Assembly: GCA_018971485.1 (NCBI GenBank)
Contig: JAGXAQ010000002.1
Coordinates: forward strand, 249,122-313,121
Reading direction: 5' to 3'
DNA length: 64,000 nt
From: Pseudomonadota bacterium
Lineage (GTDB): Bacteria > Pseudomonadota > Gammaproteobacteria > Burkholderiales > REEB80
Positions 1 through 9,891 of the stretch are shown piece after piece. The notes under the pieces are model-generated. The model saw nothing but the letters and a program-made list of their open reading frames with translations. It had not been told where the DNA came from and ran no database searches. Made by a program: the position numbers and the translations under genes. Each line of letters starts with the position of its first letter. Position 1 is the stretch's first letter.

Positions 1-1
1 C

Positions 2-931
2 AGCGCTGACTTTATCGCCAAAATTGCTCATGGGCAGGCAGACGATCTGTTAACCACTTTATGTCTTGCACGGGACTGCCCCCTTATTTTAGCACCAGCG
101 ATGAACCGGCAAATGTGGGAGCATCCTGCAACACAACGAAATGTTACTCAGGCTCAAATGGATGGTGTATTTATACTGGGGCCAGAAGAAGGAGAGCAGG
201 CCTGTGGTGAAACTGGGCTTGGCCGAATGCTTGAACCCCAAGCCATATATGAGGATCTTCTATCAGTTCTAACGCCTAAATTATTTCCCAAAACCCGGAT
301 ACTTATTACGGCAGGACCAACCTATGAGCCAATTGATGCCGTCCGGGGCATTACCAACTCAAGCTCAGGGAAAATGGGATATGAACTCGCCAGAGCATGT
401 GTTGCTTCAGGTGCAACAGTTACCCTGGTAAGCGGCCCTACCAATTTTGAACCGCCAAGACATACCCGTATGGTTCATGTAACCAGCGCATTACAGATGT
501 ATGACCAGGTCATTAAGGAAGCTGCTTCATCCGATATTTTTATAAGCGTGGCAGCTGTTGCGGATTATCGGCCAGCCCACCCTCGATCGAATAAAATCCA
601 AAAGCACACGGATAATATAACGCTAGAATTAACCCCCAACCCAGATATCCTTGCTACTGTTGCAACAGGCCCTAATGCCCCATGGTGTGTCGGATTTGCA
701 GCAGAAAGCGGGAGTCTCCTAACAAACGCTCAAGCAAAGCGTAAACGTAAAAAATTACCCCTTATTATTGCCAATTCAGTCGATGCCATCAACTCAGCCT
801 ACAATGAGCCAACCCTGATTGACGATAACGGGGAACACCCTCTTCCCAAAATGGACAAATCCTCACTTGCCCTACAACTGGTAGAAGAAATTTCCAGACG
901 ATACCATCAAGATATAAAACGAAAGATCTGA
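2..931 (+). CDS. coaBC: Bifunctional phosphopantothenoylcysteine decarboxylase/synthetase (5' end outside the window)
   Basis: Frame is open from base 2 (SADFIAKIAHGQADDLL...APAMN). Motifs GEQACGETGLGRM, ITAGPTYEPIDAVRGITNSSSGKMG, AAVADYRP, VGFAAE. Confidence 0.96.
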   Translation, partial: SADFIAKIAHGQADDLLTTLCLARDCPLILAPAMNRQMWEHPATQRNVTQAQMDGVFILGPEEGEQACGETGLGRMLEPQAIYEDLLSVLTPKLFPKTRILITAGPTYEPIDAVRGITNSSSGKMGYELARACVASGATVTLVSGPTNFEPPRHTRMVHVTSALQMYDQVIKEAASSDIFISVAAVADYRPAHPRSNKIQKHTDNITLELTPNPDILATVATGPNAPWCVGFAAESGSLLTNAQAKRKRKKLPLIIANSVDAINSAYNEPTLIDDNGEHPLPKMDKSSLALQLVEEISRRYHQDIKRKI

Positions 932-1031
932 ACTTCAATAGGCCAAAACCATCCGGCTTCCGCTCAAAAATAATATCCCGCCCAATTTAACCCAACACAT
1001 AAACTATTCTTAAAACACCATCCATGCCTCA

Positions 1032-1493
1032 TTAATTTCTGCCCGTATGTCCAAACCCACCGGCACCACGCACCGTTTCTGAAGAAAAATGTTCTACCAC
1101 TTGCAAATCAGCCTGGACAACCGGCACAAACATCATCTGGCATACGCGATCGCCAGGTTCAATCGTAAACGACTCCGCACTTCGGTTCCAGACACCTATT
1201 TTAATTTCGCCTGAATAATCAGAATCTATGATTCCTACCAGATTGCCCAAAACAATGCCATGCCGGTTTCCTAAACCTGATCGAGGAGCAATTACAGCCA
1301 TCAGGCCAGGATCATGGATATTGATTGCAATACCCGTACCGATTAGCGTTGTTTGTCCTGCCTCGACTACAACTGGCCCTTCAAGGCACGCCCTCAGATC
1401 CATTCCGGCAGATCCTTCTGTTGCATAGGAAGGCAATGCTATGCACGACCCCACCAAAGGGTTCAGTATCCTCAGCTCGATTTTTCTTTTCAT
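1032..1493 (-). CDS. dut: dUTP diphosphatase
   Basis: Motifs [36 protein letters not shown] at 1493 with AGGGAG upstream. Confidence 0.97.
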   Translation of the reverse strand: MKRKIELRILNPLVGSCIALPSYATEGSAGMDLRACLEGPVVVEAGQTTLIGTGIAINIHDPGLMAVIAPRSGLGNRHGIVLGNLVGIIDSDYSGEIKIGVWNRSAESFTIEPGDRVCQMMFVPVVQADLQVVEHFSSETVRGAGGFGHTGRN

Positions 1494-1567
1494 TCTTTTC
1501 TCCCTATGAAACAATGAGTAATCAAGACATAGTCAGACCAAACAATACCGTCTACCCAGGAACCTTA

Positions 1568-1978
1568 ATGGTAAAAAACGAAAATGCCCTGATTATTTTC
1601 GCACATGGTGCCAGCGATCCTGAATGGGCAGCGCCTTTTGAAAGCATAAAAAAAAGAATTCTTTTAACCCGGCCTGATTTATATGTCCAACTGGCTTATC
1701 TTGAACGTATGCCCCCTAACATTGAATCCGCTGTTGAGGAGGCAGTTCGGGCAGGGGCAAAAACCATCGCGATTATCCCTTTTTTTCTCGCACGAGGGGG
1801 CCACCTGAAACGTGATCTACCTCCAAAGCTTAATTCATTATGCCAAACCTATAAAAATATAACCTTCCATCTATGTGCACCTTTAGGGGAATCCAAGACC
1901 ATGCTGGATACTATGGCCGACTGGGCTATTGACTGTTCCGGGTTAAACAAAGCGGGCATAATTCGCAAAGAATCCTAA
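1568..1978 (+). CDS. CbiX/SirB-family (sirohydrochlorin chelatase-like) small protein
   Basis: IIFAHGASDPEW, AYLERMPP, PFFLARGGHLKRDLP. ATG at 1568 with AGGA upstream. Confidence 0.85.
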   Translation: MVKNENALIIFAHGASDPEWAAPFESIKKRILLTRPDLYVQLAYLERMPPNIESAVEEAVRAGAKTIAIIPFFLARGGHLKRDLPPKLNSLCQTYKNITFHLCAPLGESKTMLDTMADWAIDCSGLNKAGIIRKES

Positions 1979-2042
1979 ATCCGGTTATAATTCACTATTT
2001 TACAACATCATGGGCTCTTGTTGTTTTGCCTGAGGACTAAAT

Positions 2043-3485
2043 ATGCCATTTGCTGCCCTGGGCTTAGCTCAGACGCTTTTGACCGCAATCAGTGATCAAG
2101 GTTATACCGAACCTACAGATATCCAAAAACAGGTCATCCCGGTTATTTTGTCGGGACATGATGTCACGGCCTGCGCACAAACAGGAACAGGGAAAACAGC
2201 GGGGTTTGCTTTACCCATTCTACAAAAAATGCTCCCTCATGCTAACACCAGCGCCTCCCCTGCAAGACATCCTGTAAGAGCACTGGTACTAACCCCCACC
2301 CGCGAACTGGCCGCTCAAGTTTATCAAAGCTTTCTCCTTTACGGAAAGAACATTCCGCTTCGATGTGCCGTAGTGTACGGCGGGGTCAATATCGCCCCTC
2401 AACAGCAAATTTTAAAAGCGGGTGTCGAAATATTGGTAGCTACCCCAGGGCGCCTGATTGATCTAGTAGAACAAAAAAATGTTCGTCTTTCCCAAGTGCA
2501 AGTCCTGGTTCTAGACGAAGCCGATCGCATGCTAGACATGGGATTTATTCCTGACATCAAAAGAATTCTCGGGCTATTGCCGCCTAATCGGCAAAGCTTG
2601 CTCTTTTCGGCTACATTCAATGATGAAGTTACCAAACTCTCTAACAGTTTCTTGCAACAGCCAAAACGAATTGAAGCTTCGAATCGTAACGCAACTGCCG
2701 AACTAATCGAACAAACTGCATGGCTTATTGATACCGAACACAAACAGAGCTTCCTTGTTTCTCTCATCAACAAACTCAACCTACAGCAAGTCCTGATTTT
2801 CACCAGAACTCGTCAGGGGACCAATCAATTGGCAACCCGGCTTAACCGGGCCCGCCTGAATACACAAGCCATCCATGGAGACAAAACCCAGCAGGCTCGT
2901 ATGGAAGCCTTGGACCAGTTCAAAAATGGGCAGTCCCGGATTCTGGTTGCCACAGATATTGCGGCCAGGGGCCTTGACATACAAGAACTACCTTGCGTAA
3001 TCAATTTCGAATTACCAAATTCAGCTGAAGATTACGTTCACCGTATTGGCCGAACAGGTCGGGCTGGTGCTTCAGGTTTAGCCATTTCTCTAGTCTGCCC
3101 TGAAGAATTAAAATTACTTGAAGATATTGAAAAACTAATCAAACGCAAAATTGAGAGGCAGGATCCAGAAAAATTCCTTGTCCCAGAAACAATACCCGCT
3201 TCAAAAAAAGACGTGCAGCCACCGGTAGAACAAAAAAAAGCGCACTCACCATCCAACCGTTTCATCCCGTCAACGGTTTTTCAGGGTGAAACTGAAATTG
3301 CCTGGCTACTTCAGTCATCTCGCCTGAATTTGAAAACAAAAACCTTGCAATCTGCTCCTTCCACTTTGCCCCCCCGTACAACAACAAAACAGCCTGAGAC
3401 TGCTGCCTTGTTCCGTAAACCTGCACATTCAAAACACGTTTCAACACAAAAACCAGAAAAAAATACTGACAAGATAGATTCTTGA
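2043..3485 (+). CDS. rhlE: DEAD-box ATP-dependent RNA helicase, RhlE-like
   Basis: AQTGTGKT, PTRELA, TPGRL, DEAD, SAT, HRIGRTGR. Low-complexity C-terminal tail. Confidence 0.9.
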   Translation: MPFAALGLAQTLLTAISDQGYTEPTDIQKQVIPVILSGHDVTACAQTGTGKTAGFALPILQKMLPHANTSASPARHPVRALVLTPTRELAAQVYQSFLLYGKNIPLRCAVVYGGVNIAPQQQILKAGVEILVATPGRLIDLVEQKNVRLSQVQVLVLDEADRMLDMGFIPDIKRILGLLPPNRQSLLFSATFNDEVTKLSNSFLQQPKRIEASNRNATAELIEQTAWLIDTEHKQSFLVSLINKLNLQQVLIFTRTRQGTNQLATRLNRARLNTQAIHGDKTQQARMEALDQFKNGQSRILVATDIAARGLDIQELPCVINFELPNSAEDYVHRIGRTGRAGASGLAISLVCPEELKLLEDIEKLIKRKIERQDPEKFLVPETIPASKKDVQPPVEQKKAHSPSNRFIPSTVFQGETEIAWLLQSSRLNLKTKTLQSAPSTLPPRTTTKQPETAALFRKPAHSKHVSTQKPEKNTDKIDS

Positions 3486-3736
3486 GCACATTATCGACCT
3501 CCTGGCCCCTATTTAATTTCCTTTACAATTCAAACAAATTAAACAGGCTGTTTTATTACCTTGCTCTGATCTATGCTACACTCTAGCTGAATTTAGGATA
3601 AAAGGCCTCTTGTTTGTCCAGCAAGCTTTTGGCAAAATGATGATTCGTGAAATTATTTCTATCATATCTATAATCAAGCAGGATAGAGAATAAACCACCC
3701 TCCCTTAACGCAGAAAATTATTATCACGAGGATCGC

Positions 3737-4063
3737 ATGAGCGAGCACATACACAGTATTACTGACGATACATTTGATAAGGAAGTACTTCAGGATGGCC
3801 TGCCAGTTCTTGTTGACTACTGGGCAGCCTGGTGTGGCCCTTGTAAAATGGTAGCGCCTATTCTTGAAGAAATTGCCAATGAATACCAAGGCAAACTCAA
3901 GGTCACTAAACTCAATATTGATGAAAATCCGGGCACCCCCCCTAAATTCAACATACGTGGTATACCGACCTTAATGATATTCAAGGGTGGACAGGTAGCA
4001 GCAACAAAAGTAGGGGCGCTCTCCAAGTCTCAGCTAACAGCCTTTATTGACAGCACGATATAA
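3737..4063 (+). CDS. trxA: Thioredoxin 1
   Basis: WCGPC active site; canonical position upstream of rho. Confidence 0.98.
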   Translation: MSEHIHSITDDTFDKEVLQDGLPVLVDYWAAWCGPCKMVAPILEEIANEYQGKLKVTKLNIDENPGTPPKFNIRGIPTLMIFKGGQVAATKVGALSKSQLTAFIDSTI

Positions 4064-4203
4064 AGCTGTTAGCCTTTCCACCTAACTGTTCCTCATAACC
4101 ACACAGACCTAATAACAGGAATCTGCGAACAGGCGGGCAAAAGCCCATTCCCCATCATTACTCCAACCTGCCAAATGGCTTTTCAAACAAGAGTTATCGC
4201 GTT

Positions 4204-5463
4204 ATGCATTTATCAGATTTAAAACAATTACACGTGGCCGAACTAGTCGATATGGCCGTAACCAATGAAATCGAAGGAGCAAGCCGCCTTCGAAAACAAG
4301 ATCTCATTTTTGCCCTGCTCAAGAACCAGGCAAGAAAAGGGGAAAGTATTTATGGGGAGGGCACACTGGAAGTATTGCAGGACGGGTTCGGTTTTCTGAG
4401 ATCTCCAGATAGTTCCTATTTGGCTGGACCTGACGATATTTATGTCAGCCCAAGTCAAATCAGACGTTTCAATCTGCATACGGGCGATACCATACAAGGA
4501 GAGATCAGGACCCCGAAAGAAGGGGAGCGATATTTTGCGCTAGTGAAAGTAGATAGTGTCAATGGCGAACCACCAGAAAATTCAAAACACAAGATTCTTT
4601 TTGAAAATCTGACCCCGCTATTTCCAACAGAGGCCCTGTTCCTTGAACGCGATATCAAAGGTGAAGAGAACATAACAGGCCGGATTATAGATATCATCGC
4701 TCCAATTGGAAAAGGGCAACGAGGTCTACTTGTTGCAAGTCCGAAATCCGGTAAAACTGTCATGCTGCAACACATTGCCCATTCAATCGCAACCAACCAT
4801 CCTGAATGCTATCTTATAGTACTGCTAATCGATGAACGGCCAGAAGAAGTAACTGAAATGACTCGAACTGTAAAAGGGGAGGTCGTCTCCAGTACTTTTG
4901 ATGAACCCGCCACACGTCATGTTCAAGTTGCAGAGATGGTCATAGAAAAAGCCAAGCGGCTTGTTGAACACAAAAAGGATGTGGTCATCCTGCTAGACTC
5001 AATCACGCGCCTGGCACGAGCCTACAATACAGTTGTACCGGCTTCCGGCAAAGTCCTGACAGGGGGGGTAGATGCAAATGCCTTGCAGCGGCCAAAACGA
5101 TTTTTTGGGGCTGCACGCAATGTGGAAGAAGGCGGATCCCTCACTATTATTGCCACTGCCTTAGTGGACACAGGTTCCAGGATGGATGATGTGATCTATG
5201 AAGAATTTAAAGGGACTGGCAACATGGAAATCCACCTTGACCGAAGGATGGCAGAAAAACGGATTTACCCTGCGATTAATGTAAATCGTTCCGGAACACG
5301 CAGGGAAGAACTCCTAATCAAACAAGATGTGCTACAGAAAATATGGGTACTGAGAAAACTTTTGTATCCCATGGATGATTTGGAAGCCATGGAATTTCTT
5401 CATACAAAAATCCGTGCAACCAAGAATAATGCTGACTTCTTTGATTCCATGAGACGAGGCTGA
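4204..5463 (+). CDS. rho: Transcription termination factor Rho
   Basis: [39 protein letters not shown]; 419 aa. Confidence 0.99.
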   Translation: MHLSDLKQLHVAELVDMAVTNEIEGASRLRKQDLIFALLKNQARKGESIYGEGTLEVLQDGFGFLRSPDSSYLAGPDDIYVSPSQIRRFNLHTGDTIQGEIRTPKEGERYFALVKVDSVNGEPPENSKHKILFENLTPLFPTEALFLERDIKGEENITGRIIDIIAPIGKGQRGLLVASPKSGKTVMLQHIAHSIATNHPECYLIVLLIDERPEEVTEMTRTVKGEVVSSTFDEPATRHVQVAEMVIEKAKRLVEHKKDVVILLDSITRLARAYNTVVPASGKVLTGGVDANALQRPKRFFGAARNVEEGGSLTIIATALVDTGSRMDDVIYEEFKGTGNMEIHLDRRMAEKRIYPAINVNRSGTRREELLIKQDVLQKIWVLRKLLYPMDDLEAMEFLHTKIRATKNNADFFDSMRRG

Positions 5464-5474
5464 TACAGTTAGAC

Positions 5475-5503
5475 TTGCCATTTATTTAAAATTGCAACAT
5501 AAT
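5475..5503 (+). promoter_or_regulatory. Putative sigma70 promoter for rpmE
   Basis: TTGCCA-N17-CATAAT just after the rho stop codon. Confidence 0.55.
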
Positions 5504-5708
5504 AACCTGTTTAAGTAGCTATTTACCTCGCAATTAAAAGGCAGATCAGGGATAATCGCGAAAGTCTTTCCAAAATGGGAAAAACTGCCAACAAGGACGA
5601 CGTATTTTACAAATCAATACAAGTAGTTAAGTAAGTATGTCGATTGACAAAAATTTGCACGACAAAGGAGCGGCCGGCTCTCCAGCAGGAGAATGATCCA
5701 GCCGAAAA

Positions 5709-5915
5709 ATGATGAAACCAGATATTCATCCAGAATATAACGAAATTACCGTGACATGCAGCTGTGGAGCAACCTTCAAGACTGGCTCTACTATGAACAA
5801 GCCTTTGCATATTGAGGTCTGCTCGCAATGCCACCCTTTTTATACGGGTAAGCAAAAAATTGTTGATACTGCTGGTCGTGTAGAAAAATTCCGCCAAAAA
5901 TATGGCTTAAAGTAA
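5709..5915 (+). CDS. rpmE: 50S ribosomal protein L31, Zn-binding (C+) type
   Basis: [32 protein letters not shown]. Confidence 0.98.
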   Translation: MMKPDIHPEYNEITVTCSCGATFKTGSTMNKPLHIEVCSQCHPFYTGKQKIVDTAGRVEKFRQKYGLK

Positions 5916-5933
5916 TTCGGACACATTAGTTTC

Positions 5934-5961
5934 AAGGCAGCTTCGGCTGCCTTTTTCTTTT
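5934..5961 (+). terminator. Intrinsic terminator after rpmE
   Basis: AAGGCAGC-TTCG-GCTGCCTT followed by a T-tract. Confidence 0.9.
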
Positions 5962-6066
5962 GGGTCTTTTGACCAGTCACACAACTGGCCAAAATCTGGC
6001 AAAACATTTATGCTTGCAGATGCCAATCATGCAAAAACTCTGCAAATGCAGTGGAGAAAAGGTTAC

Positions 6067-7704
6067 ATGAGACGAAGCAGGAGGCCAGAGGACCAGTTTC
6101 TCAAAAATGATACTCCCCCACTTATTCTGGTTATTCTTGCCTGTCTGTTCTGGATAATTCTAGGCCTCATTGGCCGGGATATCTGGAAACCTATTGAACC
6201 CATCAGCTTCGATCTAACAAAACGATTTATATCAGGCGATCCTTGGTACTTACCTACCCTGCTTGGAAAGCCCTTTCTGGCTCACCCCACTCTTTATTAT
6301 CTAACAGCAGCATGGATGGGGAAAATGCTAGGCTCTATCGTTGGATATGAAAATGCTATCCGGCTTGTCAATATCCCTTACCTAGGCATATGTATTCTCA
6401 GCACCTCCTTGGCTGCGAGGGAATCATGGGGGAAAGGACATGGCCGACTATGTGCCCTTATTCTAATCAGTACATTAGGTATTCTGGTTCGCTCCCATCA
6501 ATTAACGTCGAACGTGGCTTGGCTATCAGGGATAAGCCTGGCTTTATATGGCCTTACGCTGACCACCAAAAGACCTCTCCTGGCAATATGGATTTTCGCA
6601 GGTTCTCTCGTTCTCACATTTTATAGCAAAGGACTCATTGACTGTATTACGCTGGTTTTACTTGCCTTGCTACTCCCTCTAAGCAACCGACTTTGGCATA
6701 CACGTTCTCACTTCGTCTTTATACTGAATACTATTGCAATTGCTTTGCCATGGATTGTTATCTGGCCTGTCCTTCTCTATGAAAAAAATCCGAACTTACT
6801 TATTGCCTGGCTACACCAAACAGTTTTAAGTTTTCAGGCAGCTTCCGGGCAACGAAGTTACTTTCTCAGCATCTTGCCATGGTTCTGCTGGCCTGCCCTG
6901 CCCCTTGCATTATGGGCAACATGGTATCATCGTCATAACAGACCCCAACCTCAAGCTATCAGCCTTGGACTAATAACCTTTACTCTACTTTTTATTTCAC
7001 TCACTTTGGCAAGCGACCCAAGCGATCAAAATGCCATGGTTCTTGTCCTACCCCTGGCATTAATTGCCAGCGGTGGAATTTACACGCTCAGACGAGGTGC
7101 CAAATCAGCTTTTGACTGGTTTGGCACCATGACCTTTGGCTTTTTTGGCCTAGTCATATGGATTGCCTATATTTCGCTTGTAACAGGTACTCCTCAAATC
7201 ATCAGCCACCGGTTTCATCAACTTCAAGCTCATTTTGTGGCTCACCCAACCATTGGCGCAATGACAACTGCCCTTTTTGTCACACTGCTTTGGATTATTT
7301 CCCGGATTTTTCTAAGAAATGCCCCTTATCGGTCCATTACCAACTGGGCTCTAGGATTGCTCATGATTTGGGGACTATTATGTAGTATCTGGTTACCTTA
7401 TTTCAATGCCAGCAAAAACTACCGGGTTATCATGAACGAATTGGGAACCGCCTTACCCAAAAATTACGGCTGCATCAACAGTATTGGAATGGGCCTTAAC
7501 CTGAAAGCTTATGCACAATACTATGACAACATTATTCTGCACTCTTCATACCATCCTGGCTGCTCCTTGTTACTGGTTCGCGGACCAGCCTTCAAGCCGC
7601 CGCACCCAGATAAAGGGTGGATAATACGCTGGCAGGCAAGCCGGGTAGATGAAAAAATTGAGCGCTTCTGGCTTCTACAAAAAAAACATGGCCCTTCAAG
7701 CTAA
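6067..7704 (+). CDS. ArnT/PMT-like (GT-C fold) integral membrane glycosyltransferase
   Basis: Many TM segments; GRDIWKPIEP, PTLLGKPFLAHPTLYY, LPWFCWPALPLA. Usual position after rpmE in Betaproteobacteria. Start uncertain (6010-6067). Confidence 0.8.
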   Translation: MRRSRRPEDQFLKNDTPPLILVILACLFWIILGLIGRDIWKPIEPISFDLTKRFISGDPWYLPTLLGKPFLAHPTLYYLTAAWMGKMLGSIVGYENAIRLVNIPYLGICILSTSLAARESWGKGHGRLCALILISTLGILVRSHQLTSNVAWLSGISLALYGLTLTTKRPLLAIWIFAGSLVLTFYSKGLIDCITLVLLALLLPLSNRLWHTRSHFVFILNTIAIALPWIVIWPVLLYEKNPNLLIAWLHQTVLSFQAASGQRSYFLSILPWFCWPALPLALWATWYHRHNRPQPQAISLGLITFTLLFISLTLASDPSDQNAMVLVLPLALIASGGIYTLRRGAKSAFDWFGTMTFGFFGLVIWIAYISLVTGTPQIISHRFHQLQAHFVAHPTIGAMTTALFVTLLWIISRIFLRNAPYRSITNWALGLLMIWGLLCSIWLPYFNASKNYRVIMNELGTALPKNYGCINSIGMGLNLKAYAQYYDNIILHSSYHPGCSLLLVRGPAFKPPHPDKGWIIRWQASRVDEKIERFWLLQKKHGPSS

Positions 7705-8828
7705 TTTTTGGCAAGCCATAGTCGCATCAACTGCTCGGCACAATTTGCGACCATCGAAGATGACCCAACCAATGCTTCTTCCAGAGTCATTGGTTTTGAA
7801 ATTACAGAAAAACACCCGGCAAAATGGGGCCCCAGATTAAGAAGGCTTGCCTCATCAAGCCCTCCAGATAAAAGTGTCACTGGCACATTGTAGCGCCGGG
7901 CAACCTGACTGACTGCATGAGCCACTTTACCTAAAAGAGTCTGGGAATCTGACCTGCCTTCCCCTGTAAAAACCCATTCTGCCTGCCGAACTGCCTCATC
8001 AAAACCTATCAGCTCAAACAGCACTTCAGCTCCTGAGCGGGATACCCCGCCTAGCAATTGCAAGGCATAGCCTAGGCCGCCAGCAGCACCTGCCCCAGCC
8101 TGGAGCGATATCTGTTTTCCAGTATGAGCATCACAACAAGAGCCAAACCGTGCCAACGACTCATCCAATTCGGCAAGTTCATCCTCCTGTACTCCTTTTT
8201 GGGGCCCAAAAACAACTGTTGCACCCAAAATTCCACAAAGTGGATTATTTACATCAGACATAATCGTAATCAACGATTCGCCTATCCTGGGATCTAAATA
8301 CGAAAAATCAACGTAATCAAGATGCTTGAGATCTTCAGGATTTCCCCTCAAAAGGCGCCCTTGAGAGTCAAACAATTTCAGGCCAAGTGCAACAAGTAAG
8401 CCGCTGCCTCCATCGTTGGTTGATGATCCTCCCAACCCAATCATGAAACGCCGCACACCCAAATCCAAGCAATGCTTGATTATTTCGCCAAGACCCTGAG
8501 TAGTGCGCAAACGAACTGGCATGCTTAATGGCAAAGTTATTCCCACGACCTGCGCCGCTTCCAATATGGCAACCAAACCTTCAGGTGTCTCAAGAAGGCC
8601 GTAGCCAGCCATTAATTTTTCATAGCTGGCTCCGGTTACAGCCAGTTCATGACGATTCCCATTCGTTGCTTCCAAAACTGCATCCAGTGTGCCTTCACCT
8701 CCATCAGCCAAGGGCATCAAACGAACTTCAGCATCAGGTTGCACCCGGCGAATACCGGTTTCCATAGCCTTAGCAACCTCTATGGCTGCAAGACTTCCCT
8801 TGTATGAGTCTGGTGCCAGCAAAATCAT
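7701..8828 (-). CDS. glxK: Glycerate kinase (GlxK/GarK family)
   Basis: APDSYKGSL, PLADGGEGT, GLGGSSTNDGG, FGPQKG, GAGAAGGLG, TGEGRSDSQT. Confidence 0.93.
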   Translation of the reverse strand: MILLAPDSYKGSLAAIEVAKAMETGIRRVQPDAEVRLMPLADGGEGTLDAVLEATNGNRHELAVTGASYEKLMAGYGLLETPEGLVAILEAAQVVGITLPLSMPVRLRTTQGLGEIIKHCLDLGVRRFMIGLGGSSTNDGGSGLLVALGLKLFDSQGRLLRGNPEDLKHLDYVDFSYLDPRIGESLITIMSDVNNPLCGILGATVVFGPQKGVQEDELAELDESLARFGSCCDAHTGKQISLQAGAGAAGGLGYALQLLGGVSRSGAEVLFELIGFDEAVRQAEWVFTGEGRSDSQTLLGKVAHAVSQVARRYNVPVTLLSGGLDEASLLNLGPHFAGCFSVISKPMTLEEALVGSSSMVANCAEQLMRLWLAKN

Positions 8829-8988
8829 TTTAATTCGGCAGTGTTCTCTTATCTGGCAGACATGCAGCCAGTTTATAAACTGCCACTCCTTTCTGATATC
8901 AATAATAAAGGCATATAACAACCCACGCAGGGTAATTCAACTAAAAGTGAAAATTCTAGCAGAACAGCAGACAATGGAGAAAGTTCAA

Positions 8989-9891
8989 TCAGTTCTTTTT
9001 ACTACCAGAAATGGAATGAGAATTAAGAGTTTCAAGAATATGGATCATTGCGGAGATATCCTGCCCTCCCTCTCCCCTGCCAATCATGGCATTAAGATAA
9101 CCACTGCACATCAAAGTTGCTGGAAGAGCCAGTCCCATTTCTCGCGCAACTTCCAAAGCATTTTTCATATCCTTGGCATGAAGCTCAATCTTGAAACCTG
9201 GTTCAAAATCGCCATTGAGAATTCGTTTACCATGTAGCTCAAGAACCCTGCTTGCCGCAAAACCTCCAAGCAGTGCCTCACGTACTCTTTCCAAATCCAC
9301 TCCTGCTCGACCAGCCAGAATAAATGCTTCACCAACACCAGCCATTGTAATAGCCACCAAAAGATTGTTACACAATTTGGTCACCTGGCCAGCCCCATGA
9401 TCACCCATATAAACAATATGCTCGCCCAAATACTGAAAAATGGGTAAAACCTGGTTAAATATCTGTCTGTCACCACCGACCATTATGGAAAGCGTGCCAG
9501 TCTTGGCGCCTACATCTCCACCTGACACTGGAGCATCAAGCATATCAATATCCAGCCTCTTCAGTCGCTTTGCCATCAGACGGGTCGAAACGGGAGAAAT
9601 AGAGCTCATATCCACAACTATACTTCCTGCAACAAGCCCCTCATGCAGGCCTTCCTTTCCGAAAAGCACACTCTCAACATCATCTGTATCTGGTAACATA
9701 GTAAAAACAATATCGCTTTGGGCCGCTAACCGAGCAGCTGATGTTTCAATTATTGCCCCTTTTAGATGCATATCCTCCAGTAACTCAGGATGTCGGCCGT
9801 ACACTGTAATCGGATAGCCTGCCCGTAAAAGATTATTTACCATCGGTCGACCCATAATGCCCAGACCAATAAATCCGATTCTCTCAGACAT
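8989..9891 (-). CDS. garR: 2-hydroxy-3-oxopropionate (tartronate semialdehyde) reductase
   Basis: GFIGLGIMGRPM, DMSSISP, DAPVSGG, GAGQVTKLCNN, FEPGFKIELHAKD; adjacent to glycerate kinase. Confidence 0.85.
   Translation of the reverse strand: MSERIGFIGLGIMGRPMVNNLLRAGYPITVYGRHPELLEDMHLKGAIIETSAARLAAQSDIVFTMLPDTDDVESVLFGKEGLHEGLVAGSIVVDMSSISPVSTRLMAKRLKRLDIDMLDAPVSGGDVGAKTGTLSIMVGGDRQIFNQVLPIFQYLGEHIVYMGDHGAGQVTKLCNNLLVAITMAGVGEAFILAGRAGVDLERVREALLGGFAASRVLELHGKRILNGDFEPGFKIELHAKDMKNALEVAREMGLALPATLMCSGYLNAMIGRGEGGQDISAMIHILETLNSHSISGSKKN

Noticed and set aside
4064-4203. C-rich trxA-rho spacer with a small GGGC-AAAA-GCCC hairpin
   Set aside because: It fits the known Rho-dependent autoregulation of rho, is not new, and cannot be demonstrated from sequence alone.
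5693-5740. Out-of-frame uORF ([15 protein letters not shown]) overlapping the rpmE start
   Set aside because: The AGGAG is only 1 nt from its ATG, too close for a functional SD, and nothing else supports translation.
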